A stretch of 64,000 nucleotides of DNA from an uncultured Dehalococcoidales bacterium (GTDB lineage Bacteria > Chloroflexota > Dehalococcoidia > Dehalococcoidales > BS750m-G39): positions 20,316 to 84,315 of the forward strand of contig CAYPBF010000002.1 of NCBI GenBank assembly GCA_964408935.1, written 5' to 3'. The translations under genes and the position numbers were made by a program. The notes under the pieces are model-generated. The model was given only the letters and a program-made list of their open reading frames with translations, did not search any database and had not been told where the DNA came from. Below, piece by piece: positions 46,424 through 55,090 of the stretch; position 1 is the stretch's first letter; each line of letters opens with the position of its first letter.

Positions 46424-47506
46424 ATGGCGTTAATCGAAACGGATAATATCGGTCAGAAATACGGCGGGCAAAGCGTCCTCGAAGGCGTCAGCCTGGCTAT
46501 CGAGACGGGCGAGGTCTTCGCCCTCATCGGCCCCACCGGGGCGGGCAAGACGACGCTGCTGCGCCTGCTCGACCTGCTGGAAATGCCGTCCAAGGGCAGC
46601 ATCCGCTTTGACGGCATTGACGTCACCGCCAACAAGGGCCTACGACTGCAGGCGCGCCGCCGCATGGCCTTTGTACTGCAGAAGCCCTTGCTCTTTAATA
46701 TGAGCGTCTATGATAACGTCGCCTGCGGGCTGAAGTGGCGCCAGCAAAAAGGGCTCGTCCTCCGCCAGCGGGTAGAGCAAGCATTAGAATTAGCCGGCAT
46801 GGCCGACTACGCCAAGCGCAACGCCCGCACCCTTTCCGGCGGCGAGACCCAGCGCGTCGCCATCGCCCGCGCCCTTGCCATTGCCCCCGAGGTGCTCTTC
46901 CTCGACGAGCCCACGGCCAACCTCGACCCAGTCTCCACCAACAAGATTGAGGAGGTTTTGGCGCATATAATAAGCGAAGGCAAGACCACGGTGGTCATGG
47001 CCACCCATAATATGTCGCAGGGCCAGCGTCTAGCGGGCAAAATAGGTGTCATGATGAACGGGCGCCTGCTTCAGCTCGGCAGCCCCGCCGATATCTTCAG
47101 CACCCCCGGGGATAAGGAAGTGGCCGAGTTCGTCGGTGTTGATAATATCCTGAGTGGCGTAATCGTCAACCGTGACGACGAGCTGGTCACCATTGATGTC
47201 AACGGCGCCCACATCCAGGCCATCTCCGACTACCCTATCGGCGCCGAGGTCCACGCCCTTATCCGTCCCGAAGACGTCACCCTGGCCATTCATAAGGACG
47301 CCAGCAGCGCCAGAAACGTCTTCGCGGGCAAGATAGCCAAGACCTTTTCTATCGGCGCGCTGGTCAGGGTAGAAGTCGTCTGCGGCTTCCCCCTCTTCGC
47401 CGTCGTCACCAAAAGGTCAGCGGAAGACCTCGAGCTGACCGTCGGTAAGAAAATCCACGCCACCTTCAAAGCTACCGCCGTGCACGTTATCAAAAGATGG
47501 AATTGA
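46424..47506 (+). CDS. tupC: Tungstate ABC transporter ATPase with TOBE domain
   Basis: GPTGAGKT, LSGGE, DEPT, C-terminal TOBE (FKATAVH). Confidence 0.9.
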   Translation: MALIETDNIGQKYGGQSVLEGVSLAIETGEVFALIGPTGAGKTTLLRLLDLLEMPSKGSIRFDGIDVTANKGLRLQARRRMAFVLQKPLLFNMSVYDNVACGLKWRQQKGLVLRQRVEQALELAGMADYAKRNARTLSGGETQRVAIARALAIAPEVLFLDEPTANLDPVSTNKIEEVLAHIISEGKTTVVMATHNMSQGQRLAGKIGVMMNGRLLQLGSPADIFSTPGDKEVAEFVGVDNILSGVIVNRDDELVTIDVNGAHIQAISDYPIGAEVHALIRPEDVTLAIHKDASSARNVFAGKIAKTFSIGALVRVEVVCGFPLFAVVTKRSAEDLELTVGKKIHATFKATAVHVIKRWN

Positions 47507-47532
47507 CACCAGAAAGGCGAGCGTGCTATATT
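47503..47532 (+). promoter_or_regulatory. Promoter of the tRNA gene
   Basis: TTGACA-N18-TATATT with upstream TG. Confidence 0.55.
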
Positions 47533-47544
47533 CATTCTGCCCAT

Positions 47545-47616
<72 letters not shown>

Positions 47617-47667
47617 GGTTTTTTATTAGCTACAAAACCAAACTTGTATTACTCGTGTTCGACCGGG

Positions 47668-48357
47668 CTAGACCTGCTCATCAAGCAGGCTGAGCTGTTG
47701 TAGCCGCCGTCGCATCTGCCTGGCGGGCACATCGAACCTGCTCGCCATCTCCTTGACATCCTTCAGCTTGGCCCAGTATTGCTCGACCCAATCTTTCCGC
47801 ATGAGGAAACAGCTAGCGAAATGGTCGGCCAGGACTTCGTTGAAAGAGGTGACCATCAGTTCCGATTTGTTGAAGGCAGGATAGGCCATGCGGTAGGCGA
47901 TGTGGAAGGCCTCGTGGAACATGGAGTATCTCCGGACGCAGGGGGAGTCTCTACTGTTGAGTTGGATTACCCATTCCTGACCCAGGAGCCAGACGGCCCC
48001 GTGAAGGGCTTTTAAGGGTACCAACCGCACTTCGACCTTTCGGCTCTCGTCGAAGAAGTCGATAAGCTCCAACGGCACGGGGGGATTACGGACTCCGCCT
48101 CTGTTGAGGTAATCTTCGGCCAGCGTTTCTACCGCCCCCAGCACCCAGCAGCAACCGGGCTTATCTCCGTAGAGGCATTTGCGCGTATCGGGGGGGTCTG
48201 GTTTCGATATTCTGACGCCGCCGTCTTTTCTTAACAGCTGGTGGCACCACTCGGTGCCGGCATCGAGGCACGTGTCTTCACTACGGCATTTACAATGCCT
48301 ACCCTCGGTGAGTATGACCCCTAAGAGACTTTCGGGATTAGGTGGGGGGCTTCCCAT
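47668..48357 (-). CDS. ImmA/IrrE family metallo-endopeptidase with Cys-rich N-terminus
   Basis: RRYSMFHEAFH (HExxH), EVLADHFASCFLM; 7 Cys in the first ~70 aa. Confidence 0.88.
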   Translation of the reverse strand: MGSPPPNPESLLGVILTEGRHCKCRSEDTCLDAGTEWCHQLLRKDGGVRISKPDPPDTRKCLYGDKPGCCWVLGAVETLAEDYLNRGGVRNPPVPLELIDFFDESRKVEVRLVPLKALHGAVWLLGQEWVIQLNSRDSPCVRRYSMFHEAFHIAYRMAYPAFNKSELMVTSFNEVLADHFASCFLMRKDWVEQYWAKLKDVKEMASRFDVPARQMRRRLQQLSLLDEQV

Positions 48358-48697
48358 CCTTTTTCCTCCGGCGGTCAATGAGGTCCTCAATCAGGGTGAC
48401 CAAGTCATCATCCAACTCGCGCGGATATTTAGCTCTGGCATATTCGCGAAACTCGGGGAGTTCGCTAGCCGTTGTCCCCAGCGGTGTCGAGTGTCCGGCG
48501 GCGAGTAGTACGCGCTCCAGCGGCACCTCGGCATATTTCGCCAACCTGACGCAGGAGACGAGACTAGGCTTGTCTTTACCGGAGAGCCAGCGGCTGACGC
48601 TGGTGTGACTAACACCGATATCGGCAGCAAGCTGGCTGGGCAGCCGGCCTCGCCGCCGCATTAGATCTTCTAGAAAAGTGACGAAATCCTTAATCAC
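48338..48697 (-). CDS. XRE-family HTH transcriptional regulator
   Basis: SQLAADIGVSHTSVSRWLSGKDKPS. Confidence 0.9.
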   Translation of the reverse strand: MIKDFVTFLEDLMRRRGRLPSQLAADIGVSHTSVSRWLSGKDKPSLVSCVRLAKYAEVPLERVLLAAGHSTPLGTTASELPEFREYARAKYPRELDDDLVTLIEDLIDRRRKKDGKPPT

Positions 48698-48709
48698 AAT
48701 ACCATTAGA

Positions 48710-48738
48710 ATTTTACTGACAGACGACGCTGTTGTCAA
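48710..48738 (-). promoter_or_regulatory. Leftward promoter of XRE-ImmA, overlapped by TGACA-N11-TGTCA inverted repeat
   Basis: Minus strand TTGACA-N17-TAAAAT; inverted repeat at 48717-48737. Confidence 0.6.
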
Positions 48739-48807
48739 TTTAGGGCGTTTTTGTCTTGAATCAGGCATCGGGTTTAGGAAAAGGCTATCAAAAATGCCGA
48801 AATGGTA

Positions 48808-48836
48808 TTGACACTGACGGCTAATCATTGTAGTAT
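48808..48836 (+). promoter_or_regulatory. Rightward promoter of the nuoEFG-like operon
   Basis: TTGACA-N17-TAGTAT with extended TG. Confidence 0.7.
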
Positions 48837-48989
48837 GTGCGCATAGGTTCATAAATGCACTTTCACGTGAGTTAGCGTGGAGTTTTGACTTAAAAGCTTT
48901 GGCTTCGGGTGTAACCAATCCGATGTTCGGATAAGGATAGCAGGGGGCCAAGTCGGCCTTGTTTTTGCTCCCTAAGAAGGAGGCGAAAA

Positions 48990-49580
48990 ATGAAGACTAC
49001 AACCCAAAAGGCTAAAGCCGAAGATCTCATCACCATAACCCCACAGGGAATCCCCGCCTACCTCAAGCAGGGTAAGAACCAACTAGCAGAGGGGCACCAC
49101 AAAGAGGCTATTAAGATATTTGACTGCATCCTCAAGATTGCCCCAGCTAATATGGAGGCACGGGTATGGATTCAGAAGGCGGAGCAAGCCTTGGCCCGAC
49201 CCGAAGAAGCCCCCACCGAGGCGGAAAAGCCTAACTATTGCGTCTACATGATGATGAAGGTAGTGCCCTATCGCCTTTGCACCTGTGATTACAACTGCCT
49301 CGGCTGTGATTTCGACAGGCAGATGCAGGAGAGAGCGGAGTCGGGGGACACCGAGATTGTCGAGGCGCTGGAGCGGTTCAAGAGCCTGCCGGGAGGACAG
49401 AGGTTCTGCCGTTATTCACTCAAAGGCAACGTTTCTTTCCGTCTTTGTTCGCGACTGTTCAATTGTACCACCTGCGAATTCAATCAGATGGTCGAAAATG
49501 TTTTCGAGCATCAGCTCGTTCATAGGCAGAAGGCTCTGCGCCGCAAGGAACAGGGGTGGTGGTGGGATTATTGGGCGTAG
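48990..49580 (+). CDS. Hypothetical protein: TPR-like N-terminus + two Cys-rich repeats
   Basis: AAGGAGG RBS; repeats CVYM...RLCTCDYNCLGCDFDRQ and CRYS...RLCSRLFNCTTCEFNQM. Confidence 0.75.
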   Translation: MKTTTQKAKAEDLITITPQGIPAYLKQGKNQLAEGHHKEAIKIFDCILKIAPANMEARVWIQKAEQALARPEEAPTEAEKPNYCVYMMMKVVPYRLCTCDYNCLGCDFDRQMQERAESGDTEIVEALERFKSLPGGQRFCRYSLKGNVSFRLCSRLFNCTTCEFNQMVENVFEHQLVHRQKALRRKEQGWWWDYWA

Positions 49581-49627
49581 AGCCTAATGAGCCAAATTCC
49601 AAAATGACGTTGAGGAGGTAGCCGAAC

Positions 49628-50107
49628 ATGGTGCAGACGCTGACGGTAGCCGACAAAGAAGTCGACGAAATCATCGCTAAATACCGGGGTGATAAGTCGG
49701 CTTTAATTCAGGTGCTCATTGAGGTTCAGCGCCGGAAACGCTGGCTTTCCAAGGAGACTCTAAAACAGGTCAGTGATAGGCTGGGCGTAGCCCTGACCCA
49801 GATTTACCATATCGCTACCTTCTACAAGGTCTTCAGCCTGACACCACGGGGACGGCACTCGGTAACGGTTTGTTTGGGCACGGCCTGCCAGGTGCGGGGC
49901 GCGCCGCGACTTATGGATAACATCACCCAGACCCTGAAGATAAACGCCGGCCAGACCTCCGCCGACGAGCAGTTCAGCCTGGATACGGCGCGGTGCCTGG
50001 GCTGTTGCGCCATAGGGCCGGTGATGGTGGTGGACGGCGAATACTACAGCAAACCTTCTCGTAAAGAGGTCGAGCAGGTTATTTCGGCCAAAGAAATCGA
50101 GAGTTAA
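49628..50107 (+). CDS. NuoE/HydC-like [2Fe-2S] subunit
   Basis: ATFYKVF, CLGTACQVRG, CLGCCAIGP. Confidence 0.92.
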   Translation: MVQTLTVADKEVDEIIAKYRGDKSALIQVLIEVQRRKRWLSKETLKQVSDRLGVALTQIYHIATFYKVFSLTPRGRHSVTVCLGTACQVRGAPRLMDNITQTLKINAGQTSADEQFSLDTARCLGCCAIGPVMVVDGEYYSKPSRKEVEQVISAKEIES

Positions 50108-50121
50108 GAAAGGAGAGGGTT

Positions 50122-52029
50122 ATGCCTCGGTTAAACTCAGCCACAGACCTGGAAAAGCTCCGAAAGCAGTTGCAAGACAAAAACAAGGGGAAAAGAACCG
50201 TTTCGGTGACCAACGGAACGGACGGCCGGACGCGTCACAGCGAGGTCGTCTTCCGTGCCCTGAAGGATGAGATAAAAAAGCAGGGGTTGGGGGGAAAGGC
50301 GACGGTAAAGAGCACGGGGTGTCACGGCTTCTGTGAGCAGGAGCCGACGGTGCTCATTTCCCCTGAGGAAATCTGCTACGTTAGCGTGAAGCCAGAGGAC
50401 GTGCCCGAAATCGTCTCCAAGACGCTGGCTAAGGGCGAGGTTGTGGAGCATCTCCTCTACGAAGACCCGACCAGCGGGGATAAAATAGCAAAGGAGTCCG
50501 AGATACCATTCTACAAACCACAGGACAGGACCGTCCTGGGCAACAATAGACTGGTCGACATGGGCTCGATAGACGATTACATCGCCCTGGGCGGCTATTC
50601 GGCGCTGGCCAGGGTCCTTTCCGGGATGAAGCCTCAGCAGGTCATAGACGAGGTAAAAAAGTCGGGGCTGCGCGGGCGGGGTGGGGCCGGCTTCCCCACC
50701 GGGGTGAAGTGGGCGTTTTGCCGTAAGGCTCCGGGCGAGCCCAAATACGTCATCGTCAACTGCGACGAGGGCGACCCGGGGGCTTATATGGACCGCTCTC
50801 TTATGGAGGGCAACCCCCACAGCGTCCTGGAAGGGCTGCTCATCGGGGCTTACGCCATCGGCGCCGCCGAGGGCTATATCTACGTGCGCGCCGAGTACCC
50901 GCTGGCGGTGGAAAACGTGGAAACGGCCATCAAGCAGGCAGAGGAATACGGGCTGTTGGGGCAAAATATCCTGGGCTCGGGCTTCGATTTCAGGGTCTAT
51001 GTCCACCGGGGGGCGGGGGCTTTCGTTTGTGGCGAAGAGACGGCCCTTATCGCCTCGTTGGAGGGGCGGATTGGCGAGCCCAGGCAAAGGCCTCCCTTCC
51101 CCGCTACCAGTGGGCTCTGGGGCAAGCCGACCAATATAAACAATGTAGAGACCTGGGCAAACGTACCCTTGATAATCAATAAAGGCGCGGACTGGTTTCG
51201 CAGCCGGGGTACGGAGAGGAGCCAAGGCACCAAGATATTCTCGCTGGTGGGCAAGCTGAAGAATACCGGTCTGGTGGAAGCGCCCATGGGGATGACGCTG
51301 GGCGATATCGTCTTTAAAATCGGGGGCGGCATTCCCGACGGCAAGAAGTTCAAGGCTGTCCAGACAGGGGGGCCTTCGGGTGGGGTTATCCCCGAGAGCC
51401 TGCTCGATACCCCGGTGGATTACGAGGAGCTGACCAAGCTTGGGGCGATAATGGGCTCGGGCGGTATGATCGTTATGGACGAGGATACCTGCCTGGTGGA
51501 CGTGGCCCGCTATTTCGTCAACTTCCTGGCGGCGGAGTCCTGCGGGCGGTGCGTGCCCTGCCGTGAGGGGATATATCAGATGCTCAAGATACTGGATAGA
51601 ATCTGTGAGGGGAGGGGCCGGGAGGGTGATATTGAGCTGCTGCGGGAGATAGGAGAAACGGTGCGGGACTTCTCGCTCTGCGCCCTGGGCAAGACGGCGG
51701 CCAATCCGGTCTTAAGCACCATCAAGTACTTCCGTGATGAGTACGAAGCCCATATCAAAGAAAAGCGCTGCCCCGCCCTGGTCTGCAAAGAGCTGATTGC
51801 CTACTACATCGAGCCTGAGAAGTGCCAAGCCTGCTTGATTTGTTTGCGGGACTGCCCCGCCGAGGCCATCAGCGGTGACAAGAAGGTCGTTCACGTCATC
51901 GACCAGACGAAGTGCACCAAGTGCGGGACGTGCCTTGAGGTCTGTCCGCCGCGCTTCAGCGCCGTGACCAAACTTTCCGGGGTGAAGGTGCCGGAACCGG
52001 TTAAAAAAGCGGCAGTAGTAAGGAAATGA
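50122..52029 (+). CDS. NuoF/HydB-like NADH-binding flavoprotein with C-terminal 2x[4Fe-4S]
   Basis: GLRGRGGAGFPTG, CDEGDPGAYMDR, GAGAFVCGEETAL, GGPSGG, ESCGRCVPCREG, two ferredoxin motifs. Confidence 0.95.
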   Translation: MPRLNSATDLEKLRKQLQDKNKGKRTVSVTNGTDGRTRHSEVVFRALKDEIKKQGLGGKATVKSTGCHGFCEQEPTVLISPEEICYVSVKPEDVPEIVSKTLAKGEVVEHLLYEDPTSGDKIAKESEIPFYKPQDRTVLGNNRLVDMGSIDDYIALGGYSALARVLSGMKPQQVIDEVKKSGLRGRGGAGFPTGVKWAFCRKAPGEPKYVIVNCDEGDPGAYMDRSLMEGNPHSVLEGLLIGAYAIGAAEGYIYVRAEYPLAVENVETAIKQAEEYGLLGQNILGSGFDFRVYVHRGAGAFVCGEETALIASLEGRIGEPRQRPPFPATSGLWGKPTNINNVETWANVPLIINKGADWFRSRGTERSQGTKIFSLVGKLKNTGLVEAPMGMTLGDIVFKIGGGIPDGKKFKAVQTGGPSGGVIPESLLDTPVDYEELTKLGAIMGSGGMIVMDEDTCLVDVARYFVNFLAAESCGRCVPCREGIYQMLKILDRICEGRGREGDIELLREIGETVRDFSLCALGKTAANPVLSTIKYFRDEYEAHIKEKRCPALVCKELIAYYIEPEKCQACLICLRDCPAEAISGDKKVVHVIDQTKCTKCGTCLEVCPPRFSAVTKLSGVKVPEPVKKAAVVRK

Positions 52030-52038
52030 GGTGGCAAA

Positions 52039-52677
52039 ATGGCCGAAGTTAGCTTGATTATCGATGACATCCTAGTTAAAGTCGACAAAGGGGCCACAAT
52101 CCTTGAGGCGGCGCGAAGCGCTGGTATCGATATCCCCACCCTCTGCTCCCACGAGGGGCTGGCTCCCTACGGCGCCTGCCGCCTTTGTACCGTGGAGATA
52201 AAGAGGGGGCAGCAATCACAGCTGGTGGCTTCTTGCGTTTATCCGGCGGAGGAGGGGATCATCGTTAAGACGGAATCGAAACCGGTGACCAGGGGGCGCA
52301 AGATGCTCCTGGAGCTGTTGTGGGCCCGTGCCCCCGGCGTCCAGGCGTTACGGGAATACGGCGTAAAGTACGGCATATCCGCCGTCCAGGAGGGGGGAGC
52401 TGACTACGGTATGGTTCCCGACATAGACGGAGTCCGAACCAAGTTCGAGGTGGAGCCCACCTTTTGTCTGCTTTGCGGGCTTTGCGTGCGCTATTGTAAC
52501 GAGGTGAAAAAGAAGAACGCCATCGGCTTCGTCGGACGGGGCACGGAACGGGAAGTGGTCTTTTTCCCCGAGTTAGCGGCTAACGGCTGTAGCCAGTGCG
52601 AGGACTGCTACCCGCTTTGCCCCACCGGCACGCTGCCTTTATACTACACACTGGCCGAGGTGCAGCAATCCGCCTAA
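52039..52677 (+). CDS. Short NuoG/HydA-N-terminal-like Fe-S protein, no catalytic domain
   Basis: IPTLC...GACRLCTVE...SC [2Fe-2S]; CLLCGLCVRYC and CSQCEDCYPLCP [4Fe-4S]; only 212 aa. Confidence 0.88.
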   Translation: MAEVSLIIDDILVKVDKGATILEAARSAGIDIPTLCSHEGLAPYGACRLCTVEIKRGQQSQLVASCVYPAEEGIIVKTESKPVTRGRKMLLELLWARAPGVQALREYGVKYGISAVQEGGADYGMVPDIDGVRTKFEVEPTFCLLCGLCVRYCNEVKKKNAIGFVGRGTEREVVFFPELAANGCSQCEDCYPLCPTGTLPLYYTLAEVQQSA

Positions 52678-52793
52678 GCATAGAACCGTTCTGAGTTAAC
52701 CCTTCTTCTAACCAGCAGGACCAGCGTCCCCATTATCACCAAAACAACTACGATGGCAACGGCCTTACGTCCTGATTTTCGCTCTACCGCCAC
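52674..52793 (-). CDS. 39-aa single-TM peptide ending the hdrA operon (not in ORF track)
   Basis: GTG start with AGAGG RBS; (M)AVERKSGRKAVAIVVVLVIMGTLVLLVRRRVNSERFYA*. Confidence 0.5.
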   Translation of the reverse strand: MAVERKSGRKAVAIVVVLVIMGTLVLLVRRRVNSERFYA

Positions 52794-52835
52794 ACAAAAG
52801 CCTCTTTAGTGACTAGACCTCAATACAAGTGATTG

Positions 52836-53927
52836 TTAATCGACAACGGCGGCGAATTCGTCGGGCTTGAAGGCGGTGATGGGCAGTTCCTCCTCCAGGT
52901 CCCTCCCTGGCAGATAACCAAACGATTCCTGGACGGCCCCGCCCGTTTTCAGGGCAACTGCCCAGAGCGGGATATCGACCGGACACACATCGGAACATTG
53001 GCCGCATCCGATGCAGGTCAGGCTTACGTGGAATAACCTTACCAGCTGATAGAATATGGGGGCGGGCAGAATCTGTCCGCATCCGTTTCTCTCCAGCTGG
53101 GCTTCGTAGTAGTTCGGCTCGTGCTCATCGCCCCCAGAATCGAAGAAACAAACATGGCAGTAACAGGCGGGACAGACCTTACTGCAATTACGACAGCCTA
53201 TGCATTTCTCAAAGAGTTTGTTTACATCGAAGCTGTCGACGCCGAGTTCCTCGAACATCTCTTGCTTTCTGGTTTGCCTCTTGCTCCGCAGGCCATCAAT
53301 TGTTCCCGATTCGACCTCTTCCCCACTGACCTCGCCCTTAAAGCCTTCGGCAAACTCCTCGCCCTTTTCCGTATTTAGGTGTAGCAGGCATTGTTTGGCG
53401 GCATTGTTGCCAATCAGAGACAGAGTGATGTCGGCGTTATAGGGTACGAAGTGCTCACAAGCGGCACAGGCGGGCCTGATATCGGAGGCAATCTCGGCCT
53501 TTTTCACCGCCTCCCAATACGAGGGAAGCTTCTCCTCAATATTCCCGTCAACAGACATTTCCAGCGGATAGACCCCGCCGCAGGTCGAGCTAATCAATAA
53601 GAGGTTATCCAGGCTTCCCTGTTTTCGCTTCATGAGCTCGGTAAGTGCCCTCAGTTCGCAGGGCCTGACCACGGCGGCGATGGGTCGAGCGGCGGCTTCC
53701 ACCAGGGTAAGACGGGAAAGCACTTTGGCGGCACTGGCCGGCATCAAGGGGAAAAATGGCCTGGCTTCTTCGAGCGCCGCCGGGTCGGTAATCAACGAAT
53801 AGACAACGCCTTCATCCGCTTTTTCCAGGGTAAAAACCCCCTTGACCTTGCCGCTTTCTAGCAGGAACTTCAAAAACTCCAGCAAACATTCTTCCGCGCC
53901 CTTATTCAACTTCAACGCCTTGGGCAT
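52836..53927 (-). CDS. FdhB/FrhB-like flavo-Fe-S protein (paralog 2)
   Basis: AAVVRPCELRAL; CIGCRNCSKVCPACYCHVC; CIGCGQCSDVCP. Confidence 0.8.
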   Translation of the reverse strand: MPKALKLNKGAEECLLEFLKFLLESGKVKGVFTLEKADEGVVYSLITDPAALEEARPFFPLMPASAAKVLSRLTLVEAAARPIAAVVRPCELRALTELMKRKQGSLDNLLLISSTCGGVYPLEMSVDGNIEEKLPSYWEAVKKAEIASDIRPACAACEHFVPYNADITLSLIGNNAAKQCLLHLNTEKGEEFAEGFKGEVSGEEVESGTIDGLRSKRQTRKQEMFEELGVDSFDVNKLFEKCIGCRNCSKVCPACYCHVCFFDSGGDEHEPNYYEAQLERNGCGQILPAPIFYQLVRLFHVSLTCIGCGQCSDVCPVDIPLWAVALKTGGAVQESFGYLPGRDLEEELPITAFKPDEFAAVVD

Positions 53928-53929
53928 CT

Positions 53930-55078
53930 TTAAGCCTCCTGTTTGGCGGAGGTCTCTGCGTAAGACTGCTCCACTTCTTCGAACTCCTTCTCTTGATAAA
54001 CCCTTAAGGGCAGCGGTTCCTCGCGGCTCCTGCCGGGCACATAGTCAAATTCCGCCTGGTTTTGGTTGCCCACCAGGCTGAAGACCTGGGCAACCGGGAT
54101 GGCGGTAGGGCAGGCATCTTCACAAGCTCCGCATGATACGCAGGAGAGGGACATATGCAGCATACGTCCGATATGGAAGAGGAGGGTCTCGGGCGGAAGC
54201 CTCAGCCCACCGCCCATTTCGGCTCTGTCTAGGTAGTCTTCAAAGGCGAACTTCATATCACTTGAATCGAAGAAACACTGCCGGCAGTAGCATATGGGAC
54301 AGACCCGCATACAGTTGTGGCAGTTTATACACTGGCTAAAGGTTTTAAGCAGGTTATCCAATCCGGTGGCCTTGGACTTGAATTCCTGCATAAATTTCTG
54401 ACGTTCCCCTTTTCTCTTCTCGGTCAGGGATTTCACCGTCTGTTCCCAGCCCGATATGTCCTGGCTAGCTTCAAGGCCGAGCTTTTCCAGGATAGTTTCA
54501 CCTTTCGGGCTATTAGGGATGAGGAAAATACCGCCCTTGGCCCCCAGTATCCCTATATGCAGGTCTTCGGCGCCAGTGGCCGAGAATTTATCGCATATCT
54601 GGCAGGTGGGCCTTAAGTTCTCGCTGGCCTCCCCCTTTTGGACCTTGGCGAATACCTCCTCGGCTTTCTTGGCGTCCTTGGCCCAATCGGCCAGCGGCAA
54701 CGCGCCGGGACAATCGATGGTGATTAGGAATATGTTATCTAAGTCCACCTGCCCCAGTTTGAATAGCTCGACGGTGGCTCTGGCTTCACAGGGTCGCACC
54801 ATAGCGGCTATCTTCTTCTTGCCCTTGCCGTGTCCGGTAAGGCTGGAAATGGCTTTAGCTCCCTGAACGGTCATAACCGGGGGGAGGGGATAGGCGTTCT
54901 CTAGTAGCGACTCGTCTCGAATCAGTAAATAGCTGAACGAATCGGTCCCTGGCGCCCTTACGGGTATGAGGACGGCGTCAAAACAACCCTTGCCGATTGC
55001 CTGTTTAAGGAAAGCTATGACCTTTTCTCTTGGTCCGCCTTCGGCAGCGAAAAGCGCACCCTTTCTATCGACAGCCAT
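53930..55078 (-). CDS. FdhB/FrhB-like flavo-Fe-S protein (paralog 1)
   Basis: AAMVRPCEARAT; CINCHNCMRVCPICYCRQC; CVSCGACEDACP; AGAGGT RBS before ATG 55078. Confidence 0.8.
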   Translation of the reverse strand: MAVDRKGALFAAEGGPREKVIAFLKQAIGKGCFDAVLIPVRAPGTDSFSYLLIRDESLLENAYPLPPVMTVQGAKAISSLTGHGKGKKKIAAMVRPCEARATVELFKLGQVDLDNIFLITIDCPGALPLADWAKDAKKAEEVFAKVQKGEASENLRPTCQICDKFSATGAEDLHIGILGAKGGIFLIPNSPKGETILEKLGLEASQDISGWEQTVKSLTEKRKGERQKFMQEFKSKATGLDNLLKTFSQCINCHNCMRVCPICYCRQCFFDSSDMKFAFEDYLDRAEMGGGLRLPPETLLFHIGRMLHMSLSCVSCGACEDACPTAIPVAQVFSLVGNQNQAEFDYVPGRSREEPLPLRVYQEKEFEEVEQSYAETSAKQEA

Positions 55079-55090
55079 ATCAGACACCTC

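Noticed and set aside
50137-51225. 362-aa - strand ORF opposite the nuoF-like gene
   Set aside because: Antisense shadow with no motif support
50122-52677. Respiratory complex I or [FeFe]-hydrogenase operon
   Set aside because: No membrane Nuo subunits and no H-cluster motifs; only the diaphorase-type EFG module is present
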